From NCBI GenBank assembly GCA_029856435.1, contig JAHQXB010000063.1:1-64000 (forward strand): 64,000 nucleotides of DNA, written 5' to 3'. Below the pieces are notes generated by a model. That model made no database searches, was not told where the DNA came from, and saw only the letters and a program-made list of their open reading frames with translations. The position numbers were made by a program, and so were the translations under genes. Origin of the DNA: Candidatus Jordarchaeia archaeon (GTDB lineage: Archaea; Asgardarchaeota; Jordiarchaeia; Jordiarchaeales; Jordiarchaeaceae). Shown piece after piece: positions 18,607 through 29,472 of this stretch (its first letter is position 1; every line of letters begins with the position of its first letter).

Positions 18607-19260
18607 TTATTTTATCTTGACTCTTTTACCTGTGACCATATAGTAGATTCTTGCTGCCAAGTTACAGGAGTGGTCTGCTATTCTTTCTAGGTATCTTGCT
18701 ATGAATAGGAGGTAGGCGGCATCAGATATTCCGCTTGGCTTCTCTATTACTAGGGTGATTAGTTCTCTAAATATTTGTTCGAAGAGTCCGTCTACTAGGT
18801 CGTCGTCCTCTGAGAGTTTCATTAAATTATCGACTCTTCTTGCGATGAAGGCGTCCAAGGATTTCCTTATCATTCCCTGTGCGATTTCTGACATGCGGGG
18901 AATATCTATTAGTGGCTTGAAAAAGGGTTTTCCAGCTGTTTTTATGGCTATTTCTGCGATGTCTCCGGAATAGTCGCTTATTCGGTCTATGTCTGTTATG
19001 ATTTTTAAGCAGGTTACAATAAAGCGTAAGTCTTCTGCCATGGGTTGCTGAAGTGCTAATAGTTCCATGCAGATTCTCTCTATTTCAAATTCTAGGTCGT
19101 CAACCTTCTTTTCTATCTCTATAACCCTTTGGGCTTGTTCTACGTCTTGTTTTTTGAGAGCGTTTACAGATTCTCGAACCGTCACAATTGACAGCTCACC
19201 CATATCGACAACCATGTCTGCTAATTTTTTTAGTTGGTTCTGGTAACGTAGCCTCAACAT
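18607..19260 (-). CDS. phoU: Phosphate signalling protein PhoU
   Basis: LALQQPMAEDLRFI, DIDRISDY, DDDLVD, YLERIADH; follows pstB. Confidence 0.92.
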   Translation of the reverse strand: MLRLRYQNQLKKLADMVVDMGELSIVTVRESVNALKKQDVEQAQRVIEIEKKVDDLEFEIERICMELLALQQPMAEDLRFIVTCLKIITDIDRISDYSGDIAEIAIKTAGKPFFKPLIDIPRMSEIAQGMIRKSLDAFIARRVDNLMKLSEDDDLVDGLFEQIFRELITLVIEKPSGISDAAYLLFIARYLERIADHSCNLAARIYYMVTGKRVKIK

Positions 19261-19306
19261 TTTCTTTTCAGGTTTTAAAGTTTCTTCCTTCAATGCTATC
19301 CTTCCT

Positions 19307-20149
19307 TTAGCCGAACCTCCCCGTAATGTAATCCCTTGTGCGTTCTTCGCGGGGGTTTTCGAAAATTTTTTCGGTTTCATCATATTCTATAAGTTCGCCT
19401 AGATACATAAAGGCTGTGTATTGAGAAACTCGCGCGGCCTGCTGCATGTTGTGGGTTACTATAACGACCGTGATTTTTTCTTTGAGATCCCATATAAGGT
19501 CTTCGATTTTTGATGTGGCAATGGGGTCGAGTGCTGAGCACGGCTCATCCATTAAAAGAACTTCCGGATTTATAGATAGTGCCCTAGCGATGCAGAGTCT
19601 TTGCTGCTGACCGCCAGAGAGTTCGTATGCATTTACATTTAACCTGTCTTTAACCTCGTCCCATAGGGCAGCCATTTTTAAACTATCTTCCACAATTTTG
19701 TCTAATTCCTTACTATTGTTTACTCCGTGAATTCTGGGGCCATAGGCAACATTGTCATATATGGACATGGGGAAGGGATTAGGTTTTTGGAAAACCATTC
19801 CCACCTTTTCTCTGATAGCTACCACATCGGCGCTATAATCATAGATGTTTTCGCCGTCAAGAAGCACCTCTCCCTCAACCCTAGCCCCATCAAGATCAAC
19901 CAACCTATTGAATGATCTTATTAATGTGGTTTTACCACACCCTGAAGGGCCAATTATTGCGGTGACCTTATTTTTTAATATTTTTAGGTTTATGTTTTTT
20001 AGGACATGATTTTTACCAAACCATAGATTTAGGTCTTTAACCTCTATTTTAACGTTCCTTGTTCTAGTCCTTTTTTCTTTAACTACACTGTCCTCTCTAT
20101 TATTTAATGCCGATAATTTGTTTAACACAGATAACATCATTCTCACCAA
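19307..20149 (-). CDS. pstB: Phosphate ABC transporter ATPase
   Basis: [54 protein letters not shown]. Confidence 0.96.
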   Translation of the reverse strand: MVRMMLSVLNKLSALNNREDSVVKEKRTRTRNVKIEVKDLNLWFGKNHVLKNINLKILKNKVTAIIGPSGCGKTTLIRSFNRLVDLDGARVEGEVLLDGENIYDYSADVVAIREKVGMVFQKPNPFPMSIYDNVAYGPRIHGVNNSKELDKIVEDSLKMAALWDEVKDRLNVNAYELSGGQQQRLCIARALSINPEVLLMDEPCSALDPIATSKIEDLIWDLKEKITVVIVTHNMQQAARVSQYTAFMYLGELIEYDETEKIFENPREERTRDYITGRFG

Positions 20150-21051
20150 CCCTTCCTCCTTTTTAAACCTTTATTTCGAATATACATTGCAAAAATGACG
20201 AATAGGAGAACCAGCCCCACAAGCACAAGAGCTGTTCCAAACTCGTAGGGTTTATTGACTGCTGCAAAAGGACTTGTTGTCGCCTCATAGTACAGGTGAT
20301 ATGTCAAAGCCATAACCGGCTGAAAGACATTTGTGGGGTAAAGGCTGCTTTGGTAGAAGACGGCTGCCGCGAAAAGTATGGCGGCAGTCTCGCCGGCGAC
20401 CCGCCCAATCCCCAGTATTGTACCTGTGGAGATTCCCGGCGCTGCTGCGGGTAGAACGGTTTTGGTAATGGTTTCCCACTTTGTGGCCCCTAGAGCTAGG
20501 CTTGCCTCTCGAAAGCTTTTCGGTATGGTCTTCAAGGCTTCCTCTGTTGACTTAACTATTATGGGGAGAGCCATGAACCCTAACACAAGCCAGCCTGAGA
20601 GGAGAGAGACACCGAAGTCTAACTGTTTGCAGAAGAAGGCGAATGCAAAGAGACCGAACACTATCGAGGGAACACCCGCCAAGTTACTAATGGTCTGGAT
20701 TATGAAAGATTTCAGTCGACCCTCGTGCAGGTACTCATTAATGTAGATAGCTGAAAGAATTCCCAAGGGTACAGCTATACAGATAGCACCCGATACTAGA
20801 GCAAGAGTTCCAAATATCATGGGAAGTATCCCCCCATAAGAGAGAGACAAACCTAGTGGTGTGCCATAGAGCATCCTTGCTCCGGGTGTGCCAGTTATAA
20901 ACTCCCAGTTGATTACTTGTGCACCGTTAATTATAATTACGCCCATAATTAGGATGAACGAAGCTAAAATTAGGAGGGTGGGAATGCTGAAAAGTATCTC
21001 GCCGAGACCCACTCCCTTAGTAACAGCGGTTAACTCTTTTTCGACCTTCAC
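20143..21051 (-). CDS. pstA: Phosphate ABC transporter permease
   Basis: [31 protein letters not shown]. Confidence 0.93.
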   Translation of the reverse strand: MKVEKELTAVTKGVGLGEILFSIPTLLILASFILIMGVIIINGAQVINWEFITGTPGARMLYGTPLGLSLSYGGILPMIFGTLALVSGAICIAVPLGILSAIYINEYLHEGRLKSFIIQTISNLAGVPSIVFGLFAFAFFCKQLDFGVSLLSGWLVLGFMALPIIVKSTEEALKTIPKSFREASLALGATKWETITKTVLPAAAPGISTGTILGIGRVAGETAAILFAAAVFYQSSLYPTNVFQPVMALTYHLYYEATTSPFAAVNKPYEFGTALVLVGLVLLFVIFAMYIRNKGLKRRKGW

Positions 21052-22163
21052 TACCTCACTCCTCCAAACTTCTTTTTGAATCTAGTGTTTATTGTATCTG
21101 CTACGAAATTAACAATGTAGGTGATTATGAAAAGCACCAGTCCAACACCGAAGAGGGCGCTGTAGTGTAGGGTGCCCACTGCAGTTTCTCCCATCTCTGC
21201 CGCTATGGCTGCAGTCATAGGTTTAACAGAGGTAAAGAAAAGTTCCAAGGATAGGGGGGGAATGTTTGCTACGCCTCCACAAACCATAAGCACAGCCATC
21301 GTTTCCCCAAGCGCCCTACCAACAGCCAAAATAATACTCGCAGTAATTCCAGAAATAGCAGCGGGCAGAAGAACTTTACGTACTGTTTGGAAGTGTGTGG
21401 CTCCAAGGGCGAAAGAGGCTTCCTTGTAAGATTGGGGAACGGAGCTTATTGCGTCCTCGCTAATGGAAACAATGGTGGGAAGAATCATAATTGAGAGAAT
21501 AATTGCCCCCGCGAGGGCTGTCTGACCAGATCTAAGATTGAAAATATTGGCAATGTATGGAACAAGAACTGCAAGCCCCACAAAACCATAAACTACGGAT
21601 GGTATCCCTGCCAGAAGTTCAATTACTGGCTTTACGACATTTCTAATTCTTGGGGGGCAGTACTCCGATAGGTGAATTGCAGAGAGAATACCAATGGGCA
21701 CAGCTATAAGTAGAGCACCGCCAACGACGGTGACGGTTCCAGCTATAAGTGGTAAAATTCCGAATTCGTAGCTACTTGGATCCCAAGTTGAGCCTGAAAC
21801 AAAGTTTACAAAACCAATAACAATGTTTCCATTTGCCTGAATTAAAGCATGAAGCCACAAATAGTCAGATAAACCCATTTCGTTAAGAAGAAGAGTAATA
21901 TACAGTCCAATCTGCCAGTAGCCCATCTCCCGAATAATGGGAAGCCCCTGCTGCACTAGGAAAAAAAGAATGAGCATTGTGATGATAAAGCTAGAAAGAG
22001 CACAGAGACCAGTAAGTCCTTCAGGAGAGAACACCCTCTTTAGAAGCTCCACAACCTTTAGTTGCAATATGTCGATTCTGGGAGTCGCAAATTTCATAAA
22101 ACTAGAAACAAAGTTTTTGAGAATTCCCTGTAAACGTTTTCCCAGAATCATAACACCACCCAT
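21051..22163 (-). CDS. pstC: Phosphate ABC transporter permease
   Basis: ELLAGIPSVVYG, MILPTIVSISEDA, RALGETMAVLMV. Confidence 0.93.
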   Translation of the reverse strand: MGGVMILGKRLQGILKNFVSSFMKFATPRIDILQLKVVELLKRVFSPEGLTGLCALSSFIITMLILFFLVQQGLPIIREMGYWQIGLYITLLLNEMGLSDYLWLHALIQANGNIVIGFVNFVSGSTWDPSSYEFGILPLIAGTVTVVGGALLIAVPIGILSAIHLSEYCPPRIRNVVKPVIELLAGIPSVVYGFVGLAVLVPYIANIFNLRSGQTALAGAIILSIMILPTIVSISEDAISSVPQSYKEASFALGATHFQTVRKVLLPAAISGITASIILAVGRALGETMAVLMVCGGVANIPPLSLELFFTSVKPMTAAIAAEMGETAVGTLHYSALFGVGLVLFIITYIVNFVADTINTRFKKKFGGVR

Positions 22164-22200
22164 TAGGTATATTCCAGTCTCACACTTAATATTATGTGTA

Positions 22201-23121
22201 CTACGCGAACGCTACGTAGCCCGCAGCCTCAACAGCCCTTTGACCTATTGGACTTAGCACAAATTTAATGTACATATCAACAGTGGACCCTGGGGTTGGA
22301 ACCCCATTAGTAACATAGTAAAGTGGCCTAGTGGCAGGATAATTTCCATTTCTGATGTTTTCTCTTGTTGGAGCGAAAAATGTTCCGTCGCTTCCGGCAA
22401 TCTCGGCAGTATTGACGTACTGGGTATAAGCAAAGCTGCAATACCCTATGGAGTAGGGGGTACCTAAAACTGAGAAAACCATGTCCTGATTATTGGTTAC
22501 TTCTTGATTTACCTTTGTCACACTAATCCCGAAGAGTTTTTCGAAGGATTCGCGGGTGCCAGAGTTGGGCTCTCTACCAATAACCCATATTGTTTCAGCA
22601 GGCAAACCTGAGTTAACCTGGTTCCATCTAGTGTAAACTCCGCTGTATATGTTTACCACCTGCTCTTTAGTCAGCTTCAAATTCACTTGCCCGGGAATAT
22701 TCCAGATTATACATATAGCATCCAGTGCCACAGCATTGAGATGGAGTGTTACACCATTTGCAGAAGCTCTAATAAGTTCACTGCTCTTAGGAGGGCGAGA
22801 AACAGCTCCTATGGGCGAAATCCTGTCAATAACATTACTGTACCCCAAGCCTGAGCCCCCAGCAGACACTTGAACATTAATCCCCGTGGCCGCGTGAAAG
22901 AGCGGCGCTTCAGCAAGTGTAATCGGCAAGACTGTGGTTGAACCTGCTATATTTAAGGTGTCTGAAGCCTGACCAGTGTATATACCTAAACTCTGCTGCA
23001 AATCTGCCTGAGGTTTTATGAAGATTATGGGATAAATAATGAACATTGAAATAGCTGCCATTGCTAGTATGAGCATTATTATTAGTAGTGTTTTTTTGCG
23101 GGGCAAGTTTAATGCCATCAT
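22201..23121 (-). CDS. pstS: Phosphate ABC transporter substrate-binding protein
   Basis: IAGSTTVLP, GGSGLG, REPNSGTR, YPATRPLY; N-terminal TM anchor. Confidence 0.92.
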   Translation of the reverse strand: MMALNLPRKKTLLIIMLILAMAAISMFIIYPIIFIKPQADLQQSLGIYTGQASDTLNIAGSTTVLPITLAEAPLFHAATGINVQVSAGGSGLGYSNVIDRISPIGAVSRPPKSSELIRASANGVTLHLNAVALDAICIIWNIPGQVNLKLTKEQVVNIYSGVYTRWNQVNSGLPAETIWVIGREPNSGTRESFEKLFGISVTKVNQEVTNNQDMVFSVLGTPYSIGYCSFAYTQYVNTAEIAGSDGTFFAPTRENIRNGNYPATRPLYYVTNGVPTPGSTVDMYIKFVLSPIGQRAVEAAGYVAFA

Positions 23122-23232
23122 TTCCTATCCATTTTCTTCCTTTTCGCATGGACATCTAATTTTATGCTTTACTAATATTTTCCTAAAGATTCATAAGGAT
23201 ACATATGTATACTTATTGTAGGTGTTTGTGGT

Positions 23233-24213
23233 ATGGAATCTAGAAAAATTCAAGAGGTTAAGGGGTCTTTCTATGTTTATTTGCCTAAGGACTGGTGTGC
23301 AAAGTCTAAAATAAAAGGTGGAAGCGAGGTAGTTATTCAGCAGTTGGATGATGGAAGTCTAGTAATATTTTCCAATAAGGAAGTCTATAAGCAGAAATTG
23401 AGCGGGGTTTTTGATGTTGAAAACTGCGATTCACATGTAGCCAACGTAATACTGCTTGCAGGGTATATAGTGGGACTGGATCAATTCAGCCTAGTATCTA
23501 CAAAAGAAATTTCCCTTGAATTCAGAGAAAATATAGAAAGCCATGTAAGAAATATGATAGGGGTAGAGGTTGTAGATGAAACAGACAAATCCATAGTAGT
23601 TAAGGACATAAGTGAGGGCACATCCATAAAGCCTATAATTCAGAGGCTACTTAACACCACGGGTTACATTCTCACTAGTGTAGTAAGGATAATAAGGATC
23701 GGGGATCGCAAAGAGGCTCAGGCAATTATTAACCGTGATGATGATGTTGACAGGTACAATTGGTTGGTTCAGAGGATGGTTCACCTCATACTTGAGAATC
23801 CCGCGCTTGCTCGAGAATTAAATATATTACCCATAGAAGGGCTGCATTATAGCCATATAACAAGATACATTGAAAGAATAGCGGATCACGCAGTGGCCAT
23901 AGCTGAGCAAATTTTGGCTAGTGGAACAATTAATGAGGATTTGTCCAAGTTTGCAGAAAAGGCTAATGAAGTATATAATTCACTCATTGATGTTTTCTTT
24001 AACAGAAACTTGAAGAAGGCTTTTGAGATTTTGGAACAGAGATCTAATCTTAAAAGGGAACTACGAATTTTGGAAAAAGAGTTTCCAGAAAACAAGATAA
24101 TTATTATACACCTTGAAAGAATCATTGATTACTGCTCCGACATTGCTGAAACCGCCATAGATCAAACAGTATACAACATGGTTCTGAAAAAGAGAACCAT
24201 AAAATGCTTTTAA
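23233..24213 (+). CDS. Archaeal phosphate uptake regulator (AbrB/SpoVT domain + PhoU domains)
   Basis: RKIQEVKGSFYVYLPKDW N-terminus; DDDVDR, IERIADH; divergent from pstS. Confidence 0.88.
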   Translation: MESRKIQEVKGSFYVYLPKDWCAKSKIKGGSEVVIQQLDDGSLVIFSNKEVYKQKLSGVFDVENCDSHVANVILLAGYIVGLDQFSLVSTKEISLEFRENIESHVRNMIGVEVVDETDKSIVVKDISEGTSIKPIIQRLLNTTGYILTSVVRIIRIGDRKEAQAIINRDDDVDRYNWLVQRMVHLILENPALARELNILPIEGLHYSHITRYIERIADHAVAIAEQILASGTINEDLSKFAEKANEVYNSLIDVFFNRNLKKAFEILEQRSNLKRELRILEKEFPENKIIIIHLERIIDYCSDIAETAIDQTVYNMVLKKRTIKCF

Positions 24214-24246
24214 CGAGTATACGTAGTAATTGAAAAGGAGTTCCGT

Positions 24247-25965
24247 TTAGAAGTCGGCGGAGAAGGGGCGTTCTCCATCTTTGAATTCAGGTATTGTATT
24301 CCACGCTTCATGAATTACCAGTATGGAGGAGGGGTTAATTATTCGATTTGCTTGGTCTATCGCCTCGCGTAAGTTATTCACATTGATGATGGGAAGTCTG
24401 CCAATATTTTTTAAGATCTTCCCAGAAACAAGTATGAGGTTCCTTCCCTCAAATTCTAGGATATTTCTTATCAGAAGGATCTTCGGGTCTTTATAGACCA
24501 TATCAAGAAATTCATGATATTTAAGAGCCATAGCTTCTCCTAGCTTTCTTGAATCTTTACGGTCCAAGTCTGCAATCAGTACAGTTAAGCCGTGGGGGTT
24601 GAGGAGGTGTTTTATTGCCCCTATTGATTGTAAACTTGAATAAAAGTCTTGATCGTAGGGTTTTCCTGGTGCTAATATTACCATTTCTACTCTACCATCT
24701 ACTTTGGTTGCAAAGAGTCTTCTTGATATTTCTATTCCTTTGGAGTAAGCGTCTTCGGGGTTTCCAGCAACTAAATCTACGATGTTACCTTCACCATCAA
24801 CAATGGTGTTTATTATAAAGTCAATGCTGCAAAGTGGAGCTACACTTTGTGAATCTCTATGCACTGGATTTTTCTCAGTAAAGCCTATTCTGCTGTTCAA
24901 AAGCATCCCCCTGACTTGGTTGCACACAATTGCCTCTGCCCCAGCGACTCCAGGTAAGATTGTTTGGTAACCCCCTGTAAATCCAGAGTAAGGATGGGGA
25001 TGTATGGATCCAATGGTTATGCGGTAATCGGCATCCATCACTTTTGTGTTTATCTTAAGTCTGGCTCCAGAGAGTGTTCTACCAACTTCCGTTAGGTTAT
25101 CTTCGTCCAAGGAGTCGTGAAAAGTAACATTGTAATTCTCCAAAATGTTACTCCCCAAAATCCTACTTATCGACTTGTTTGAGTTTGGCTTGTTTAGTCC
25201 ACAGGCCACTACTATGTTAATTTGAGGTATTTGTGCTTTTTTTAGGTCATTAAGAACCAGTTTGAGGATGTCGCTTGTAGTGGGGAGAGAATCATAGTCT
25301 ATGATTATAGCGACATTTTGTGCACCAGAAACCTCCCTTACCAGTGAATCAGTTCCCAGTGGTTCGTTTAAAATATTGTCAATAGAGTTTATTGAAAATT
25401 TTTTATGGGTGATTTTTGGGGGCTCTATAACACCGCTTAGAATCTGTTTTGGTATTTTTGCAAACTCCGACCGGCCCCTGCATCTTAATGAAACAATTAT
25501 TTTATTCTTGTTTTCTTCCCTTCTGATTTTCTCCTTTTTAAACCAAACCAATTTATCATGCACAATACCCTTAGCAAGACCGTACTGTTCCAATAAGGGA
25601 TGATTAACATTATAAATGAAAGCAGGTTTGTCTAAGTCATCGAAACCCATACCGAGCTCTTCACCGCACAGTATGGAATTTTGGAGCAGGTCAAAAAGCG
25701 CCCCTTTGTACTTTTCACGCCTCTCCTCTTCGCCATCAATTTTTGACAGATTGTCCAGAATTGCAAAGGCATTAAGGCCCAACCATTTAACATTAAACCC
25801 CCTTAAAACCTCGGGATGCTTCTCTACCACCTTTTCAACACAAGATTTGAATCTAGAGCTGGCGTTGGATGTATACACCATCTCTACGGCGCTCATTAAC
25901 TCGCTGAAGAGCATCACTGATACTATGACTACCCTATCCAATGCAACCTTAGCCTCCTTTTTCAT
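24247..25965 (-). CDS. LarA (lactate racemase)-like domain with ~150-aa unknown N-terminal domain
   Basis: TLSGARLKINTKV..AD, PHPYSGFTGG..ILPGVAG, NPVHRD, DFIIN; several catalytic residues appear substituted. Confidence 0.7.
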   Translation of the reverse strand: MKKEAKVALDRVVIVSVMLFSELMSAVEMVYTSNASSRFKSCVEKVVEKHPEVLRGFNVKWLGLNAFAILDNLSKIDGEEERREKYKGALFDLLQNSILCGEELGMGFDDLDKPAFIYNVNHPLLEQYGLAKGIVHDKLVWFKKEKIRREENKNKIIVSLRCRGRSEFAKIPKQILSGVIEPPKITHKKFSINSIDNILNEPLGTDSLVREVSGAQNVAIIIDYDSLPTTSDILKLVLNDLKKAQIPQINIVVACGLNKPNSNKSISRILGSNILENYNVTFHDSLDEDNLTEVGRTLSGARLKINTKVMDADYRITIGSIHPHPYSGFTGGYQTILPGVAGAEAIVCNQVRGMLLNSRIGFTEKNPVHRDSQSVAPLCSIDFIINTIVDGEGNIVDLVAGNPEDAYSKGIEISRRLFATKVDGRVEMVILAPGKPYDQDFYSSLQSIGAIKHLLNPHGLTVLIADLDRKDSRKLGEAMALKYHEFLDMVYKDPKILLIRNILEFEGRNLILVSGKILKNIGRLPIINVNNLREAIDQANRIINPSSILVIHEAWNTIPEFKDGERPFSADF

Positions 25966-26396
25966 TCTCTGTCAAAATAACCAGCTCAGACTCATTTGAT
26001 AGAAATGCACAGTTATATTACCCTATAAATCGCTTGAGGATAATATTAACAATAATTGGGGGTAAATGTGTTTCGCATCATAATCAGACCAGAAGTCTCA
26101 TTACGATGCTGATGGGTATTCACTTTCTGGAATTCAAACTTGTACGAAAGAAGTATTCGTATTTTGAGAAATTAAATATTTAGGTGATTTTAAACGAATT
26201 AAGTAAACAAAAAAGATGTACAAATTAAATACCCGCAGCTGTTTACCAACTAGAAATTTAAACATAAAAAGGATTATTCCAACTATTTTCCAAGGCGAAA
26301 TATTATAAACGAAAAGGGAGCAATATTAAAAGTGAAAACGGTACAGATTCAGAATCACGTTAGGCTCACAACAAAAAGTGCAGGAGACGAACTGGT

Positions 26397-26915
26397 ATGG
26401 GTGAGGAACCCCGGGTTGTTAAAATTTTGGTCACAGGACCTTACTCCTCTGGAAAAAGTACAGTGGTCAGCAAACTCTGCAAAGATGCAGTAAGCATAGA
26501 TGCGCTTCAGACAACTGTTGGTTTTGATTTTGGTTCCAGATACGAGGAAGTCAATTTTTTGGATTTGAAGATTTTTGGAACGCCCGGACAAGAGAGGTTC
26601 AAATTTTTACAAGAGATTTTAGCTAAGGGGAGTGCGGGTATTTTGTTAGTGGTGGATAGTACTTCTCCTGAAAATGTGGATTTAGCGAAAAATATTCTAG
26701 TGAGGATAAGGAAGGAGCTTTCAAAGAAGGTACCTGTTGTTATTCTTGCTAACAAACAGGATTTGGTAGGGGCCTTAAGCCCCGAGGAAGTTAGAAAAAA
26801 GATGGGAGTTTCGCGCAATGTCCCAGTCATAGGCACCGTGGCTCCAGAATCCATTGGTCTAAAAGAAGCTATTACAACTTTAATCAAACTAATGTTAAAG
26901 GCGGAAAAACAGTAG
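26397..26915 (+). CDS. Small Ras-superfamily (Rab-like/MglA-type) GTPase
   Basis: G1 GPYSSGKS, TTVGFDFG, G3 GTPGQERF, G4 NKQD. Confidence 0.9.
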   Translation: MGEEPRVVKILVTGPYSSGKSTVVSKLCKDAVSIDALQTTVGFDFGSRYEEVNFLDLKIFGTPGQERFKFLQEILAKGSAGILLVVDSTSPENVDLAKNILVRIRKELSKKVPVVILANKQDLVGALSPEEVRKKMGVSRNVPVIGTVAPESIGLKEAITTLIKLMLKAEKQ

Positions 26916-26993
26916 ACGTAAATTAGAACTATTACTTAACTGTAAATTTGTTTTATGATGGTTTTTATTGTGTAATTCTACTGTTTTTGGATT

Positions 26994-27692
26994 CTATATT
27001 GCGGGTTTTCCACATTTTTTGCAGTACCTTGCTTTTGGGGGCAATCTTGATCCACAGTATATGCAGAAGGAAAATTCGTCGTCGTTTTCTGAGAATAGTG
27101 TGGTGCTCCCATAGTTTTGTGGATAGTTTGATTCGTTTTGATTCATTTCTTCAGAGTGGTTAAAAATGTCAGATATGGATTCTGTGGTGTGGCTTCCTTT
27201 TTCTTTGGGAGCGGGTGGGATTGAGTTGTGCTCGGTGTTTTCTGCATTTTCGAATAGGTCTGACGCTGTGATTGGTTTATTGCGGTAGGGGTATGGTTTG
27301 GCGGATTCTTTGGGTTCGCAGTATCGAGGCCCGAGGTTATTAATGTCCAGACCTTTTGAGTATTCTATGAATTTATTGTGCAAGTATGTTTTTAATCGAA
27401 AATAGTCTTCTTTAGATAAGCCCAGTAGTTCAAGTGCTCTATCTCTGTTTTCGCATGGTTTTTCTAAGCTGCAGCAGTAGGCTAAGCTACCATAACAGGT
27501 GGTTGCCATTGCTTGTTCTTGTGGACTTTTAAATATGGGGGGTATGCGGGCACCACCAATTATTAGGACGCTCCCCTCTTCTACCTTTATGTCTGCGAAG
27601 CCTTCTGTTATTAGAGCTTGTAAAACTTGGTTTGCAGGGTAGACTCTGCCACCAATAACGATGAACCCCTCAGCCTTAGGCGCCCTTTCCAT
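26994..27692 (-). CDS. Cys-cluster protein (YCCxxxKPC motif) with C-terminal zinc ribbon
   Basis: CYGSLAYCCSLEKPCENRDRALELLGLSKEDY; terminal CIYCGSRLPPKARYCKKCG. Confidence 0.6.
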   Translation of the reverse strand: MERAPKAEGFIVIGGRVYPANQVLQALITEGFADIKVEEGSVLIIGGARIPPIFKSPQEQAMATTCYGSLAYCCSLEKPCENRDRALELLGLSKEDYFRLKTYLHNKFIEYSKGLDINNLGPRYCEPKESAKPYPYRNKPITASDLFENAENTEHNSIPPAPKEKGSHTTESISDIFNHSEEMNQNESNYPQNYGSTTLFSENDDEFSFCIYCGSRLPPKARYCKKCGKPAI

Positions 27693-27864
27693 GCGTATCC
27701 ATCCAGAGTTTAAAAGTATATTTGAAAACAGCTGTTTTAAGCAGTATTAACATTTTTACGCTTCAAATAGCGGTTCTTAAAATATTTTTTAATGTCCATA
27801 TTAATAATTGTAAATATTTTCCACGTATATTGGTTTAGCTAGTTTTTAATTAAAGGCTAGATGT

Positions 27865-28395
27865 TCATCCGCAAGGTGCTTCGGAGAGAATTATTTCTTC
27901 CCTTTTTTTAGATGTTTTCCTTTTTCTGACCATATTTCTGTTATTAATTTTTTCAGTTTTTCCCGATGGGCAGTTGTGCTTTTCGGGTAGTCTATGTTCG
28001 GCGCAGTAGTATCCGCCGCAGCGTTTACATTTGAAGGTTAAGGGAGTTATGGCCAAGCAGTAGTTGCAAGTTCCGCTGGCATATCCTAAGCGTGTCACCG
28101 TTATTTCTTCGAATTTCACCTTTTTGCCTAAGAGGAGGTATAGTCTTATTAAGATTTTTTTTGCTATTTCTTCGCACTCCTCTTTAGAAATACGCTCTTC
28201 TGGAATTATTATGTTTATTTTATCTCCGTCCACGATGAGAGTGAGGTCTACAATTCGTCCATTGTGTTCTATGCTTCCCCGGGCAATATTTTGGCCAATA
28301 ATACTTAAAGCCATTTCTGAGGTTAATCTCCGGAAGATTACTTGATTTAAGCCATTAATTAGCGCCTGAAAAATTTGATTACTCATACTTTTCAC
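27865..28395 (-). CDS. AN1-type zinc-finger protein
   Basis: CNYC..FKCKRCGGYYCAEHRLPEKHNC. Confidence 0.8.
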   Translation of the reverse strand: MKSMSNQIFQALINGLNQVIFRRLTSEMALSIIGQNIARGSIEHNGRIVDLTLIVDGDKINIIIPEERISKEECEEIAKKILIRLYLLLGKKVKFEEITVTRLGYASGTCNYCLAITPLTFKCKRCGGYYCAEHRLPEKHNCPSGKTEKINNRNMVRKRKTSKKREEIILSEAPCG

Positions 28396-28654
28396 CCAAA
28401 TTTAGCTCTTTGAAATAAAAGAGCCACTTAAAGTTTATTAAGTAATCCCAAAAAAATATATCCTGACGCTTACGCAAAAATAAATTCTAGCTATTGGATT
28501 TTAGTTAAATATTTTATTTACTTGTGTTAACATATGTTTTTTCGGGGTACTAATTTACACTAGTTGGGCTTTTTTTATGCCCACATCAAAAGTTTTAATA
28601 TGTTAGGTTAGTAGATATTCTGTAGAGAAAAAGTGAAAGGGGCTGTTAAAAGCG

Positions 28655-29449
28655 TTGTCCAGCAGCAATTTTGAACTAACCCTGGCACGGGAAACTCAAC
28701 TAATGTATCAGAGAACTCGCGGTTTTGAGCCAGTTAAAGGCGATCTTACCCGTTGGAGAGGCGAAATCGCCGGTAGAGGCGAATTCCGAGGACTTAAATT
28801 TGAGGTGGAAATTAGGGTTCCTCCCACATTCCCAATAGATCCTCCTCAAGTGTACATGATTTCTCCCACTGAGCACCCTAATGTAGATATTGAAACGGGA
28901 AGAGTTCAACTGAATATTTTGGAGCACTGGAGACCGGAATACCACCTTTATCATGTAGTAAACACCTTGAAGGGTGCTTTTGCGAGGATCCCTCCACGTC
29001 CAGCAACAAGTCGAGTTAGATTTGGAAAAGAGGCTCCTAAGGTGACTTTAACACTGGTTGGGAAAGAGGATAAGACCGAGGAGGGAGAAGTAACTAGCTC
29101 TGAGGCCGCTTCAGAATTATCTGAGGGTGAGTCGGAAATCCAGAAACTTAGACGCTTGCTCCAGGAACGCGAGGAAGAAATAGCCATGCTACGTGGCAGA
29201 TTGTCCGCTCACAATGTACCAGAAGTGGCTCAGGAGAGCGAGTCTACGTCTCTTCCTGGGGATCCCGCGTTTCGTGAAGTTCTGGATGTTGAGAGCGAGA
29301 AAATAGCTATTGAGGACTTGATCAGGACACTTGAAGAAAAATTTGAAGCGGGGGAAGTAGGTCCAACCGAGTATGCTAAGCTATATAAGAGGTATAAGAA
29401 ACAGCTGTACATAGTAAACAAGAGACTGGAGAAGCTTTCGGCTAGGTAA
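28655..29449 (+). CDS. ESCRT-I Vps23/TSG101-like (UEV + coiled coil + steadiness box)
   Basis: FPIDPP, HPNVD..GRVQLNIL..W (catalytic Cys replaced by Q); C-terminal IEDLIRTLEEKFEAGEV...Y.K.Y. Confidence 0.8.
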   Translation: MSSSNFELTLARETQLMYQRTRGFEPVKGDLTRWRGEIAGRGEFRGLKFEVEIRVPPTFPIDPPQVYMISPTEHPNVDIETGRVQLNILEHWRPEYHLYHVVNTLKGAFARIPPRPATSRVRFGKEAPKVTLTLVGKEDKTEEGEVTSSEAASELSEGESEIQKLRRLLQEREEEIAMLRGRLSAHNVPEVAQESESTSLPGDPAFREVLDVESEKIAIEDLIRTLEEKFEAGEVGPTEYAKLYKRYKKQLYIVNKRLEKLSAR

Positions 29450-29472
29450 TCCGCGAGGATGGAGGATAAAAA

